A model generated the notes under the pieces. It was given only the letters and a program-made list of their open reading frames with translations. It was not told the origin of the DNA and made no database searches. Positions 1-10,231 of a DNA stretch of 64,000 bases are shown in pieces (the first letter of the stretch is position 1; each line of letters begins with the position of its first letter). The position numbers were made by a program, and so were the translations under genes. Origin of the DNA: a bacterium (lineage in GTDB: Bacteria; UBA8248; JACPRG01; G963555815); assembly GCA_965218795.1 (NCBI GenBank), contig OZ244653.1, forward strand, positions 1,600,001 through 1,664,000, given 5' to 3'.

Positions 1-92
1 TCCGCTTCCGCCGCGGCGGTCACCGACGAAGCGGCGGCCGCCCAGAGGAGCAGCGGGACGGCCGACCAAAGGATGGCTGCCCGGCGGATCAC
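1..92 (-). CDS. N-terminus (signal peptide) of an exported protein, runs off the window edge
   Basis: GTG at 92 overlaps the stop of the upstream protease-like gene (GTGA). Reads MIRRAAILWSAVPLLLWAAAASSVTAAAEA, a Sec-type signal. Confidence 0.6.
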   Translation of the reverse strand, partial: MIRRAAILWSAVPLLLWAAAASSVTAAAEA

Positions 93-1093
93 CGGAAGAA
101 GGCCTCGCGGTCTCCGCCCGGCACGTGCAGGCGGATGATCTGCTCAGAGCGTTTGATGGTGAGCAGGATGGGGTCGCCGATTCGGTGCCGCCAGATGGCC
201 CGGTAAAAGTCCGCCTGGCTCTTGACGGGACTCCCGTTGATTTCCCGGATGAAGTCGCGGGGCAGAACGCCCGAAAACGCCGCGGGCCCCTTGGGTGTCA
301 CATTCCGCACCAGCAGCAGGTCCTCGATGAAAACGGTCTGTACACCGAGCCAGGGGAGATGCCGCCGCTGGTCGCGCCGAAGGTCGAGGAGGTCCTCCCG
401 GACGGAAGTAAACAGGTCGATGGGAATGGCCATTCCCATCCCGCTCTGCTGTGTCACGTTGAGGGAGACAATCCCGATAACCCGTCCCCGCGCGTCCAGC
501 AAGGGGGTTCCCCCAAAGTAACCCGAGGTCATGGCGGTCGTATAGATGGCGCGGTCCAGGAGGAATTCCCACGGTGCCGTGAACGGCCGGATGGCGCTGA
601 CAAGCCCGTGGTGGACGACCCGATCGGCTTCGCCCCGGCTCCCGATGGAAATGGCCATCTGGCCGATTCGCAGGTCCCGCGAACGTCCCAGCGGAGCGGT
701 GGGGAGACCTTCCGCATCCACCTTGACGAGCCCGAGACCGCTGGAATAGTCAATCTTGTGGACCCGGCCGGACAGACTCCGCCCATCGGTCAGCGTGACC
801 CGAATCCGGCGGCCGCCCATGATGATATAGCTGGCGGTCAGAATGTATCCGTTCGACGCGACGATGACCCCCGTCCCCGTGCGTTCAGCCCCCAGAATGC
901 GCGCCGCCGGGTGAACTTCGGGGATCTCCACGTCCAACGTGACAATGGCGGGCGTGACCCGCTCAGCCGCCTGGACCACGGAGGTAAAGGGATCGGGAAA
1001 ATTCTTCTGGGCGGCGGAGGGACCGGCGGACACAACAACAGCCCAAAGGGCCGTGGCGCAAAATAGCGTTCGAAACGGGGGTCGATGTTTCAT
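89..1093 (-). CDS. S1C (HtrA/DegQ-like) trypsin-fold + PDZ periplasmic protein, probably catalytically inactive
   Basis: Signal peptide, GTGVIV..GYILT, LLDARGRVIGI and C-terminal PDZ (PWLGV..GPAA..D.I..ING). The triad His and Ser positions read TASY and GYFGG. Start MKHRPP chosen; the ORF track extends to 1120. Confidence 0.8.
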   Translation of the reverse strand: MKHRPPFRTLFCATALWAVVVSAGPSAAQKNFPDPFTSVVQAAERVTPAIVTLDVEIPEVHPAARILGAERTGTGVIVASNGYILTASYIIMGGRRIRVTLTDGRSLSGRVHKIDYSSGLGLVKVDAEGLPTAPLGRSRDLRIGQMAISIGSRGEADRVVHHGLVSAIRPFTAPWEFLLDRAIYTTAMTSGYFGGTPLLDARGRVIGIVSLNVTQQSGMGMAIPIDLFTSVREDLLDLRRDQRRHLPWLGVQTVFIEDLLLVRNVTPKGPAAFSGVLPRDFIREINGSPVKSQADFYRAIWRHRIGDPILLTIKRSEQIIRLHVPGGDREAFFR

Positions 1094-1240
1094 TGGGCCA
1101 GAAATCACTCCCTCTTGCATGAACGCGCCCGTCCGCCGTCACGTTCCATTGTACCGGAAAAACACGGAAAGGGGATAAATGATTTCCGGCAGGACGCCAG
1201 ATGGGTCGAGGCCGGGCTTCAATCGGGAGAGGAGTTTCGC

Positions 1241-1700
1241 TCACCCCTCCAGACGGAGAACGCGGTGAAGAAGAAAAACAGCGTCACCGAGACGGCGTTG
1301 AGCAGACCGTCCCAGCGGATTCCCGGTGTCCACTATCTCCCAATCCGCCGCCACTCTCAGGACCAGCGAGACGTGCAACAATCCCAGCGGCGCGTACAGG
1401 GGGCGATGATCGGCCAAGACCTTTCCCGAGACCGCGGGCGGGACAATTGGTGCGTGCCGAGGATCATCGAAAACACGAACCCCAGGAACAGCCCGTGAAG
1501 GAGGGCATCGTAGAACGGTCCCGGGGCGACCCTTCCAATGGCGAGCCAGAGGAATCCGGAGGGCAGGCAGACCGCCACGTACCGGGGCAGACCTTCTTGC
1601 CAAACGGTCCTCCGGGTGACGTCGTTTCGAATGAGCCGGATCGACAGGGCCATCCGCCCGAGACCCGACAGGCGATACCCCCCCTTCGAGCCCGGCGACG
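1241..1700 (-). pseudogene. Frameshifted remnant of a conserved multi-TM membrane protein (YDALLHGLFLGFVFSMI-GHAPI motif)
   Basis: ORF 1357..1653 ends FLGFVFSMILG and ORF 1241..1744 continues HAPIVPPAV..LYAPLGLLHVSLVLRV in another frame. This fits a 1-bp loss near 1455; no intact 5' part seen. Confidence 0.6.
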
Positions 1701-1886
1701 TAAAGGCCCCCTATACGGTCATCTTCCGGGCGGTCCGCATCCACCCGACCATCGCGGAGTTCCTGCCGACGGTCCTCCGGGGTTTGAGGCCGCTGGAATA
1801 GTCTGCCGTCTCAGCCGCCCGGAACCCCCGCCGGCAGGCCGTGGGGGTCCGCCTGCCCGCCGCATCCTGGGGGGAGCCGGCCCTTG

Positions 1887-2089
1887 TGGATTCCCGCCCC
1901 CGACTAAGACATTCGAGGGAAGGCTGCAACAGGAATCCAGAGCATTCGAAGGGAGTTGCGAAGTTTTCGGCTGATGTGGATTCCCGCTTCCGCGGGAACG
2001 ACGGACTGGGGGGAATGGCCTACGCTGAATGACGGGTTGGGGGGGCTGCATGACTCTGTTTCGTCATTCCTGCGCAGGCAGGAATCCAG
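1887..2089. repeat. REP/BIME-like palindrome cluster (ATTCC..GGAAT family)
   Basis: TGGATTCCCG-[CCCCGACTAAGACATTCGAGGG cassette]-CAGGAATCCA at 1887-1940, TGGATTCCCGCTTCCGCGGGAACGAC at 1977-2002, GTCATTCCTGCGCAGGCAGGAATCCAG at 2063-2089. Confidence 0.85.
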
Positions 2090-2321
2090 GCAACATAGGG
2101 TAGGTTGCAACCGGAATTCATGGGGCGGCCCCCTGCCGAATCCATGCAGGGGCGGGTCGTCTCATTTCGAGATCCGTATAACCAGGTTCCATTCCTGACA
2201 GGCTTGATAAGCCTCCTGACCGTGTCGATGGGTCGACTGCCCAGTTTTTTCGCCTGCGTGAAGGTGGACGGATTCCTTGTTCGATCACTCGGGATGGCAT
2301 TCACCACGATTCAGGGACAGG

Positions 2322-3449
2322 TCATGCCAGCGGAACGGTCCAGGCATCGTAACCATAGACCCAATCCGCATTGCCGCCTTCCTTCAGCCATTCGTTCCCA
2401 CGCGATTCTCTCTGCACAAGAGCTGTGCGATCCTTACGGGCTTCTTCATAGTGCTTGAATTTCGCTGGAATTTCTTGTGGACCGGCCCCTTCCAATACCC
2501 TGGAAAGGACAACCGCATCCTCAATCGCCATGCAAGCGCCTTGTGCCATGAAAGGCATCATCGGATGGCAGGCGTCTCCCAGAAGCGTCGTCCGACCGAC
2601 CGACCAGACCGGCATGGGTTCTCGCACATAGAGGGCCGATTTCGTGACCTTGGTGCATGCATCGAGCAGCGCCCGGGCTTCCGGATGAAAGTCTTCATAG
2701 GCCTTGCGCAGCTCCTTCACATCGCCCGGAAGTGTCCACGATTCTTGGCGCCAGTCTTCCTGCGGTGTCGTCGCAAAGATAAACGTCTCCTTGTCCCTAT
2801 TGAGTGGGAATGTCACAATCTGACGCTCAGATGTCGGACCCCACCACTTTGTGAACGCATCCGGGTTCGACACCGACAATATTTCGCGCTGCACAACCGA
2901 GCGATAGGAAACCAGACCCGTAAATTCCGGATTCTCCGGTCCAAACAGGGCGGGTCTGACCACCGAATGAATCCCGTCCGCACCAATCAGGGCATCCACA
3001 GTCCGCTTGGTTTCATTGACAAAATGAACCGTGACCGTATCGTCATCGTTTGTAATTTCCTCGGCGCGCATGTCCAGATGGATGACAGATTCCGGGAGCC
3101 TGTCTTTGAGCGCCGTGAGCAGGTCGGCGCGATGGATCGTCAACTGTGGCGCGCCGTATTTCTTCTCGGCGTGGTCCGCCATTTCCAAGCGCGACGTCTC
3201 TTCGCCGGTATCCCACATCCTGCTGATGCGATGGGTCGGCCGGGCAGCCGTATCGCGCAGTTTCTGACCCACCCCAAGGCGATCAAGAGCATGAACGGCG
3301 TTGGGTGTGAGGTTGACGTCAGCGCCGATGCGCGAAAGCCGGGGCGCCTGTTCGAATACAATCACCTCATGACCCACCAACCGCAGCGCGATGGCCGCCG
3401 CCATCCCGCCAATCCCGCCTCCATTAATCCCGATAGTCAATGAAGACAT
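2322..3449 (-). CDS. Group A FAD-dependent aromatic/heteroaromatic monooxygenase (salicylate/6-hydroxynicotinate hydroxylase-like)
   Basis: GGGIGG Rossmann motif, DALIGADGIHSVVR (DG motif), LLGDACHPMMPFMAQGACMAIEDA (GD motif). Confidence 0.85.
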   Translation of the reverse strand: MSSLTIGINGGGIGGMAAAIALRLVGHEVIVFEQAPRLSRIGADVNLTPNAVHALDRLGVGQKLRDTAARPTHRISRMWDTGEETSRLEMADHAEKKYGAPQLTIHRADLLTALKDRLPESVIHLDMRAEEITNDDDTVTVHFVNETKRTVDALIGADGIHSVVRPALFGPENPEFTGLVSYRSVVQREILSVSNPDAFTKWWGPTSERQIVTFPLNRDKETFIFATTPQEDWRQESWTLPGDVKELRKAYEDFHPEARALLDACTKVTKSALYVREPMPVWSVGRTTLLGDACHPMMPFMAQGACMAIEDAVVLSRVLEGAGPQEIPAKFKHYEEARKDRTALVQRESRGNEWLKEGGNADWVYGYDAWTVPLA

Positions 3450-3809
3450 CCGGCTGCCTTTTTTCTCATTGAAAGTCAATTCATGTTCGTCGGGACGACC
3501 GCACCCAAGGAGGCAGACCTTCCACCAGGTTCTGATGGATCGACTTTGATGTCATTCAGGGAAGAATGCCGCAGCGCTTTATGATCATCTTCTCAAGGAC
3601 CCGAATCCGACAGGCGTCCGCACTGCTTCAGAATGGTTTCGATTGAAAGAGACAACACCGTGTGGAAACGCTGGGCGATACGTCGACGGGAGGCATCCGG
3701 GAAATCGGATTGATTCGATGAAGAATACCGGGATCGAAACGGTGTCCTCGTGAATTCGAAACCCATTGGCCGAGTGAAAACTTTTTTGAAACTCCCTCCC
3801 GTCAACCCA

Positions 3810-3853
3810 AAAAGGCCGCCCCGCCTGGTTTCAACACAAGCGGAGCGGCCCTT
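3810..3853 (-). terminator. Rho-independent terminator downstream of the SBP gene
   Basis: Minus strand GGCCGCTCCGC...GCGGGGCGGCC followed by TTTTT. A second perfect hairpin CCCCCGTGCCGTCT-CCGGA-AGACGGCACGGGGG lies at about 3888-3920. Confidence 0.6.
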
Positions 3854-3930
3854 ATCGATGGTCGATTTGTTCGTCCGAACCGGAATCCCCCCGTGCCGTC
3901 TCCGGAAGACGGCACGGGGGTCATCTCGCG

Positions 3931-4953
3931 TTACATCCCCCGGTGCAGGTAGACGCCCACAAACTCGTTCGTGTAGATTTCCTCGGGCGTGGGCTTCCTT
4001 TTGAGCTTATTGAACCTGGCCATGGTATCAATGGTCCGCTGGACCTTGGCCCGGAGCATGAATCCGAATCCGGTCCTCTTGGTATTCTTCGTGATGGCCA
4101 CGTCCACCCCGATATCCCAGTGACCTCTCGCAAGGTCACGCGAGACGTGCGGGTATTTCTCGATGAAGGCCCCAACGGCCTTCTTGGGGTTCGCCACCGA
4201 CCACTGGAAGGCCTCGAGGGAGGCGACCACAAACCGCCGCGTGAGGTTCGGCCGATTCTTGATGGTGTCCTCGTGGGCGATTATGCCGTTCGAGTAGATG
4301 TCTACTCCGAAGTCCGAGTAGTTGAACATCCCAATGGGTTTGCCGAGCTTCTTGGCCATCTTATTGACGGTGGGATTCCGGGTGCGGTAGCTTGGGACGG
4401 CGTCCACTTTCTCCGCAAACAGGCTCGGATCCTGGGCTGAGGACTCCATGGTCACCCAGATGACCTTGGAGGGATCGAAACCCGCGGCGCCCGCCATGGC
4501 GGGAAAAACGACCTTGGCGGAGTTCGTCGGGGAGGACCCGATTTTCCTGCCCTCCAGGTCCTTGGGAGTCTTAATCCCCGACGATTTCAGGAAGACAATG
4601 TTGAACAGGTTGTTGTGGTGAAGCATGGCAATTTCTTTGACCTTGAGGCCCGGGTTGTTCCCCTTGGCGATGATGAGGGTTCCCATATCGGCATGGCCGT
4701 AATCAGCGCCCTTGGTGCCGAGCGTCTTGACCGACAGGCCCGACCCCTTGCCCGGAATGATTGTCACATCAAGGCCGTACTTCTTATAGATCCCATGCTT
4801 CACGCCTGCGAAGAAGGCAGCGTGCTTCCCGTATGGAACCCAGTCCAGGAAAAAACTTGCCGGCTCTGCCGAGGCGACCGTCATCAGCCCCCCTGCGGCC
4901 AAAATGAAAGCGAGGAAAACCGTCAAAAAAACCTTCGTCAACCGTCTTGCCAT
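3931..4953 (-). CDS. ABC transporter substrate-binding protein, NMT1/THI5 family (orphan)
   Basis: Signal peptide, LDWVPYGKHAAFF..GIYKKYGLDVTI.PG.GS, IKTPKDLEGRKIG. GGAGGAGG RBS before the ATG at 4953. Confidence 0.9.
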   Translation of the reverse strand: MARRLTKVFLTVFLAFILAAGGLMTVASAEPASFFLDWVPYGKHAAFFAGVKHGIYKKYGLDVTIIPGKGSGLSVKTLGTKGADYGHADMGTLIIAKGNNPGLKVKEIAMLHHNNLFNIVFLKSSGIKTPKDLEGRKIGSSPTNSAKVVFPAMAGAAGFDPSKVIWVTMESSAQDPSLFAEKVDAVPSYRTRNPTVNKMAKKLGKPIGMFNYSDFGVDIYSNGIIAHEDTIKNRPNLTRRFVVASLEAFQWSVANPKKAVGAFIEKYPHVSRDLARGHWDIGVDVAITKNTKRTGFGFMLRAKVQRTIDTMARFNKLKRKPTPEEIYTNEFVGVYLHRGM

Positions 4954-5200
4954 GGTTCTTGCCCTCCTCCCTGGGTGAACGCTCCGGGATGGGCCCGACC
5001 CGTCCCATCCGCTCACTTCAAATTGAGTCCTTCCCGGCCGAATTGGCCGTCAGATGCCTCCCACACTCTCCGTGGTGACGTCGAGAGTCTATTCTCTCAG
5101 AAGAAACCCCCCTTTTTCAAGTACTTTTGTTGATCGTCAATCCGTCCGCAGGATTCCGGTGAATTGTAAAATCCCGCGTCGGCCGGGAACCCGCGCACCC

Positions 5201-6871
5201 TCAAACCCTCTTATCCAGGATGGGGCCGCCGAACGGAACCGCATAGGGCCCGACCGCGTCCATATCGACCTCAATCAGGCTTGGCCCCCCGGATTTCAGG
5301 GCCTTCTCCAATGCAGCGCCAAAATCAGCCGTCGATTTTACCTGAATCCCCTCATAACCGAATAGTTCGGCCAGCTTCATGAAATCCGGCATCTTCAGGT
5401 CGACCCCGAACACCCGTCCTTCATACCCCGCGTTCTGAATGTTGCGGATAACACCGTAGCCTTTGTCATTAAAGACCAGCAGGACGACGGAAAGCCCCTC
5501 CTGCGCTGCCGTGGCCATCTCTCCCAGGTTGACGAACAGGCCCCCATCCCCGCAGAGCGCGATCACCTGCCTCCCGGGCGCCGCCGCCTTCGCCCCAATA
5601 GCCATCTGCAGTCCCTGGCCGATCCCTCCGCCCACGGCGTGGACCGACGTCCGCGGCTCGTAAATCTCAAACAACCGATTTCCCCAGGTGCTGTTCGCAA
5701 TGGTGATGTCCCGGACGAATACCGCGTCCCGATCCAAGGAAGCCCGAAGGGTGTCCACCATCTCCGCATAAGGGCCCAGGGTGACGCGGAGGGAGGCCCG
5801 GGCCTTCTCCTTCACGCCGGCGATTCGGGCGGCGAAATCGGCATCCTCCCGTCTTTGGCCGCCCAGGGCTTCGAGGATCGCTTCGGAGCTCCGCCGCGCG
5901 TCTCCCCGAACGAAGCATGCGCACGGATAGTTGCGGTTTTCCGCCTTCGGGTCCACGTCCACGACCAAGAGGTTTTTCGGAAACGGAAGGGTCCAGTTCT
6001 TCGTCTCATGGCCCCGCAGATGGGAACCCGCAACGACCATCAGGTCGCAATCCTCAAGAAGGGGACGGACCTCATCGCTATGGACGAAGTTTCCGATGCA
6101 GAGCGGGTGGTCCTCGGGGATGATTCCGCGGCCGCACGCGCCGGTCAGGACACCGGCCGTTCGAAGCTCCGCCACCTCCCGAAGCGCCTTCCCGGCGCCC
6201 GACTTGATCGCGCCCCCGCCCGCCCAAATCAACGGCCGCTTCGCCTCCCGGATCATCCCGGCGGCGCGCTCGACACTTTCATCATCCGGCTCGATGACCG
6301 GGACGGCAGGGATGGAGCCGTCATCCGGCGCGCCGGTTACGGGAGCCTTCTGTAGATCGATGGGAATCTCGATACTCACGGGGCCGGCGGGCGCAGCGCA
6401 TGCGGCCCCGCAGCCTTCCCGCAAGACGTGGAGCAGCGATGCCGCCGAATCCGCGCGGAAGGCGCGCTTTGAGACGGCGGAGAGCATCCCGATCTGGTCC
6501 TTGGTCTCGTGAAGATAGGCCCTTCCCCGGTCCACGCAGGCGGATTCAATCTGACCGGTCAGATGCAGGAGCGGCGTGCCCGCCGTCAGCGCTTCCACCA
6601 GACCGCCGGCTGCGTTGCCCGCCCCCGGGCCGGTGCTGGTAACGACGACGCCCAGGCTTCCGGAGACGCGGGCGTATCCGTCCGCCATATTGACCGCCCC
6701 GGCCTCGCTCCGCGCGGGGACGTAGCGGATCTTTCCGCGCCTCCGGACGGCGTCGAGTATGGGCAGGTTGTGAACGCTGATCACGCCAAAGACATGGCTG
6801 ACGCCGCATGTCTCCAGGAACCGGGCAACCACATCTCCTCCGGTTTCTGTCTTTTGCGCGGGGGCTGTCAT
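5201..6871 (-). CDS. Thiamine diphosphate-dependent enzyme (acetolactate synthase-like fold)
   Basis: FGVISVHNLPI, ARSEAGAVNMADGYAR, and ThDP motif GDGG...VFNDKGYGVI. Confidence 0.9.
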   Translation of the reverse strand: MTAPAQKTETGGDVVARFLETCGVSHVFGVISVHNLPILDAVRRRGKIRYVPARSEAGAVNMADGYARVSGSLGVVVTSTGPGAGNAAGGLVEALTAGTPLLHLTGQIESACVDRGRAYLHETKDQIGMLSAVSKRAFRADSAASLLHVLREGCGAACAAPAGPVSIEIPIDLQKAPVTGAPDDGSIPAVPVIEPDDESVERAAGMIREAKRPLIWAGGGAIKSGAGKALREVAELRTAGVLTGACGRGIIPEDHPLCIGNFVHSDEVRPLLEDCDLMVVAGSHLRGHETKNWTLPFPKNLLVVDVDPKAENRNYPCACFVRGDARRSSEAILEALGGQRREDADFAARIAGVKEKARASLRVTLGPYAEMVDTLRASLDRDAVFVRDITIANSTWGNRLFEIYEPRTSVHAVGGGIGQGLQMAIGAKAAAPGRQVIALCGDGGLFVNLGEMATAAQEGLSVVLLVFNDKGYGVIRNIQNAGYEGRVFGVDLKMPDFMKLAELFGYEGIQVKSTADFGAALEKALKSGGPSLIEVDMDAVGPYAVPFGGPILDKRV

Positions 6872-6893
6872 GGGTCCCGGCCGATCATCGGAG

Positions 6894-7685
6894 CTACACG
6901 AACCGTCCGACGCCGCCGGAGATTTCCAGGGTGGCCCCGGTTATGTAGCCGGCCTGCTCCGAACAGAAAAACGCGGCCGCGGCGGCGACCTCCTCGGGCT
7001 TCCCGAACCGGCCGAGAGGAACGCCTTTTTCGCGGGCCGTCCGATCAAGCCACTCCGCCTCGGATTCCCCGGCCTCGGCTTGCTCTTCAAATCTCCGGCG
7101 CCATTGACGGCTCTCGATAAGGCCGAGGAGGACCGAATTGACCAGGACCCCGTCCGCGGCGAACTCCCTCGCCATCGACTTCGAGAGGTTGAGGACGCCG
7201 CTCCGCGCGGCGCTCGTGGCCACCATGTGGGATTCCGGCTGGCGGGCGAGGAGCGCGTTGATATTGACGATTCGCGGCGCGCGGCTTTTCCTGAGCTCCG
7301 GGAGCAGCTTTCGCGTCATGTGAATGACCCCGAAGAATTTAATCTCGAATTCCTCCCGCCACTGCTCGTCCGTGGTCGACGCGAACGTGCTCACCCGCCC
7401 TCCACCGGCATTGTTGACGAGGATGTCCACGGCGCCGAACCGCTTCAGGACCGACTCGGCGAACCCCTCCGCCTGGTCCGGGTCGAGGACGTCGCAGGGC
7501 GCGGCCCACAATCGGTCTCCGTGCGCGCTTTGCAGGCTCTTCTCCACATCGGCGAGACGGTCGCGCCCGCGGGCGCAGATGGCCACGCTCGCCCCCTCCT
7601 TGAGAAACAGACGGGCCGTCGCCAATCCGATGCCGGAGCTTCCTCCGGTCACGACGGCAATCTTTCCAGCAAGTCCCAAATCCAT
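6894..7685 (-). CDS. Short-chain dehydrogenase/reductase (atypical active site)
   Basis: TGGSSGIG, LVNNAG, MVATSAAR in place of YxxxK, YITGATLEISGG. Start MDLGLAGK. Confidence 0.9.
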   Translation of the reverse strand: MDLGLAGKIAVVTGGSSGIGLATARLFLKEGASVAICARGRDRLADVEKSLQSAHGDRLWAAPCDVLDPDQAEGFAESVLKRFGAVDILVNNAGGGRVSTFASTTDEQWREEFEIKFFGVIHMTRKLLPELRKSRAPRIVNINALLARQPESHMVATSAARSGVLNLSKSMAREFAADGVLVNSVLLGLIESRQWRRRFEEQAEAGESEAEWLDRTAREKGVPLGRFGKPEEVAAAAAFFCSEQAGYITGATLEISGGVGRFV

Positions 7686-7741
7686 GCCGTCTCCCCAGGT
7701 TCGACCCGAGCGGGCGAGCCTGATCGCCCGAAAAAACCCGG

Positions 7742-8575
7742 TCAGGGCGTCTCGGGGGCCGCGCGGTCCACAGACGCGAGAAATCGCAAGACCGCCACAT
7801 TGTACCGGCCGGGTTGCTCCTGATGGCTGGCGTGACCGGCATCCGGGATCAGCTCCAATCGGCCGTTGGGGAGAAGCCCGCAGATGGCCCGCGATTCCTC
7901 GACCGGCGTGATCCCGTCTTCCACGCCGCAAAGCACGAATGCGGGCGAAGACACCCCCTGCAACGCCCGGCTCGTATCCGCCAGGGAGAGGGCCACCGCC
8001 GCCTGCCGATATCCCTCGGGCCGGATCTCGGCCATGATCGCCCGGATCTCCCGCGCCAGTTCCGGCGGCGCGTTCTTCGAGACCAACTTGGGCGCGCGGG
8101 CTTCGGCCAGGCCCGCCGGACCGAGCTTCTCCAGATCCTCCAGGCGGGACTCGAGACGCGCCTTCCGCTCGGGTTCCGGGCGGACGCCGCCCCCGCGCGT
8201 ACTGTCCGTGAGGATCAGCCGCAGGGCCCGGTCCGGATACCGGTCCGCGAAGACGGCCGCGATGGCGCCGCCGAAAGAGTGGCCCGCGACGTGGGCCGAT
8301 TGGATCCCCAGGGCGTCCAGGAAATCATTCAACGCATCGGCGTATTCCTCAAGACCCGGCGAGTCGCCCGCTTCGAGACCGGAGGACCCTCCGTAACCCG
8401 GCGCGTCCCAGGCGATGACGCGGTAATGCCCCGAGAGACCGTCCAACTGGCCCGCCCACGCCCTGGAGTTCGAGCCGATGCCGTGGAGGAGGAGGATCGC
8501 GGTCCCTTTTCCGGATTCCCGATAGGCCAGCACCAGATTTTTGCATTGGATGGAACGAAGTTCAGGGAGTCCCAC
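7742..8575 (-). CDS. Alpha/beta hydrolase
   Basis: LLHGIGSN, WDAPGYGGS, GHSFGG nucleophile elbow, AGHASHQE. Confidence 0.9.
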   Translation of the reverse strand: MGLPELRSIQCKNLVLAYRESGKGTAILLLHGIGSNSRAWAGQLDGLSGHYRVIAWDAPGYGGSSGLEAGDSPGLEEYADALNDFLDALGIQSAHVAGHSFGGAIAAVFADRYPDRALRLILTDSTRGGGVRPEPERKARLESRLEDLEKLGPAGLAEARAPKLVSKNAPPELAREIRAIMAEIRPEGYRQAAVALSLADTSRALQGVSSPAFVLCGVEDGITPVEESRAICGLLPNGRLELIPDAGHASHQEQPGRYNVAVLRFLASVDRAAPETP

Positions 8576-8599
8576 TTGGATTTCCCCCTTCGGCGGGTA

Positions 8600-8939
8600 T
8601 CAGTGCAGGATGAAACCGCCGTTGACGGCCAGTAAGGTGTCCGGTGACGAAATCCGCTGCGGCGGAGAACGGGAACACGACAGCGCCGGTCACGTCATTC
8701 GGGCGCTGCTCGCCTGAAAGGCGCGTCCCTTCACGTAGAACTCGTGCCGCGAGGCCGCACAGCGCTTTCCGTGGCTTCGACCCTCGTCAGGCCGGGCGCA
8801 ACGGCGTTCACGGCGAGGTTGTCGGCCCCGGCCTCCCGGCCCATCGCGACCTTGGCTCCCTGCCGGCAGGCGGCTTCGGCGAAGGCGCGGCCGAGTCCCC
8901 GTCCGCGCCCGTGACGACCTTCCCTTCCAGACTCGCCAT
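8600..8939 (-). pseudogene. Internally deleted, frameshifted SDR remnant
   Basis: RBS and ATG at 8939 give MASLEGKVVTGA, then GLGRAFAEAA after a slip. The 3' end gives HEFYVKGRAF..DVTGAVVFPFSAAADFVTG / LLAVNGGFILH*. Only about 340 bp remain against about 750 bp expected. Confidence 0.75.
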
Positions 8940-9008
8940 AAGAACTCCATCCGGCAACGGGGGTTGGAACCCTTCCCGGCAGGTTTTCCGCTTCCTTCGG
9001 ATTCGAAC

Positions 9009-10190
9009 CTATGTGCCGACCGCCGCCGGCACTTCGGCGCGAAAATGGGGTATGACTTCCCTGGCGAAGACTTCCATGTTCTTCAGCGTCAGGTGCTGCG
9101 GAAGCGTCCCGGCGTTGAGGGTCGCAACGATGAGCCCGATGCCCGACTCCTTCTCATATTCTTTCAGCCGGTCCCGGACGGTTGCGGCGCCCCCGATCAT
9201 GATCATTCCCTGCTCGTTCAATTTCCGCATGTCGTGAGAGTCCGCCCGGCCGCGCTTGCTGCTGTGTCCCAGCCCGCCCGAATCATCCTTCATGACGCGC
9301 GCCATGGAGCGCTCGGTGATGTAACCCGGCGGGAAAAACTGGTGCTTTGGACGCTTCAGCAGCTGATTGAAGAAATATGCGTAATGGGCTTCCGCCTCCG
9401 CCCACGCCTGTTCATCCGTCTCGGCCACATAGATGGGGATGTTCCAGCCCAATTGATCCGGGGTCGCCTGATAACCGGCCTCTTCGGCGTAGCGCTTGTA
9501 CTCATCCAGCACCCGTTTAACCTGCGAGAATGGCGCGAACACATGCATGTAGGGATACCTTCGCTCGGCCGCGAAGATGACGGTTTCGATACTCCCCTGA
9601 CCGGGCAGCCAGACCGGAGGATGCGGCTTCTGGAACGGACGCGGCCACGGATTGACGTATCTGAATTTATAGTGCCTGCCTTCGAAGGAGAACGGCCCCG
9701 GATCCGTCCAGGCGCGGAGGATCAGGTCGTGGGCCTCGAAGAACCGATCCCGGGAGGTGGTGGGGTCCATGCTGAAGGCGGTGTACTCGTCCCCCACGCC
9801 GCGAACGAAGCCCGAATCGATGCGGCCCCCTGAGATGACGTCCAGCATGGACACCTCCTCCGCCACACGGAGGGGATGATTTCGCAACGGGATGGCGTTC
9901 CCCAGGATCGCGATTCGAACCCGGCTCGTCTGCCTGGCCAGGGCGGCGGCCATGATGTTGGGCGCGGGCATCAATCCGTAGCAGGTCTGGTGGTGCTCGT
10001 TGACCGCGACCCCGTCGAAGCCCAGCTCTTCGGCCCGCAGAAAGGCATCCAGGTAATCGTTGTAAAGGATGTGCCCCTTCTCGGAATCAAAGTGCTCGTT
10101 GGGCACCATGACCCAGGAGGTTCCGTACGTCTCCAGGTAGTCATCGGGCATGAAGGGATACGGCATCAGGTGAAAGAAATAGAATTTCAT
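9009..10190 (-). CDS. LLM (luciferase-like) flavin-dependent monooxygenase
   Basis: MKFYFFHLMPY, AEELGFDGVAVNEHHQ, HPLRVAEEVSMLDVISGGR, PRPFQKPHPPVW. Confidence 0.9.
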   Translation of the reverse strand: MKFYFFHLMPYPFMPDDYLETYGTSWVMVPNEHFDSEKGHILYNDYLDAFLRAEELGFDGVAVNEHHQTCYGLMPAPNIMAAALARQTSRVRIAILGNAIPLRNHPLRVAEEVSMLDVISGGRIDSGFVRGVGDEYTAFSMDPTTSRDRFFEAHDLILRAWTDPGPFSFEGRHYKFRYVNPWPRPFQKPHPPVWLPGQGSIETVIFAAERRYPYMHVFAPFSQVKRVLDEYKRYAEEAGYQATPDQLGWNIPIYVAETDEQAWAEAEAHYAYFFNQLLKRPKHQFFPPGYITERSMARVMKDDSGGLGHSSKRGRADSHDMRKLNEQGMIMIGGAATVRDRLKEYEKESGIGLIVATLNAGTLPQHLTLKNMEVFAREVIPHFRAEVPAAVGT

Positions 10191-10231
10191 GGAAATCTCA
10201 CGGAAGTCAGTGAACCGCGGCCCTTCAAGGG

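Noticed and set aside
2322-3449. Naming the monooxygenase nicC or nahG
   Set aside because: Family motifs only; nicotinate or salicylate pathway context is missing.
4954-5200. TPP riboswitch upstream of the NMT1/THI5 genes (also 14415-14600)
   Set aside because: A CTGAGA occurs on the minus strand near 5095-5100, but the rest of the TPP aptamer core (CCTGA..GATAATGC..CGTAGG-like) is not present.
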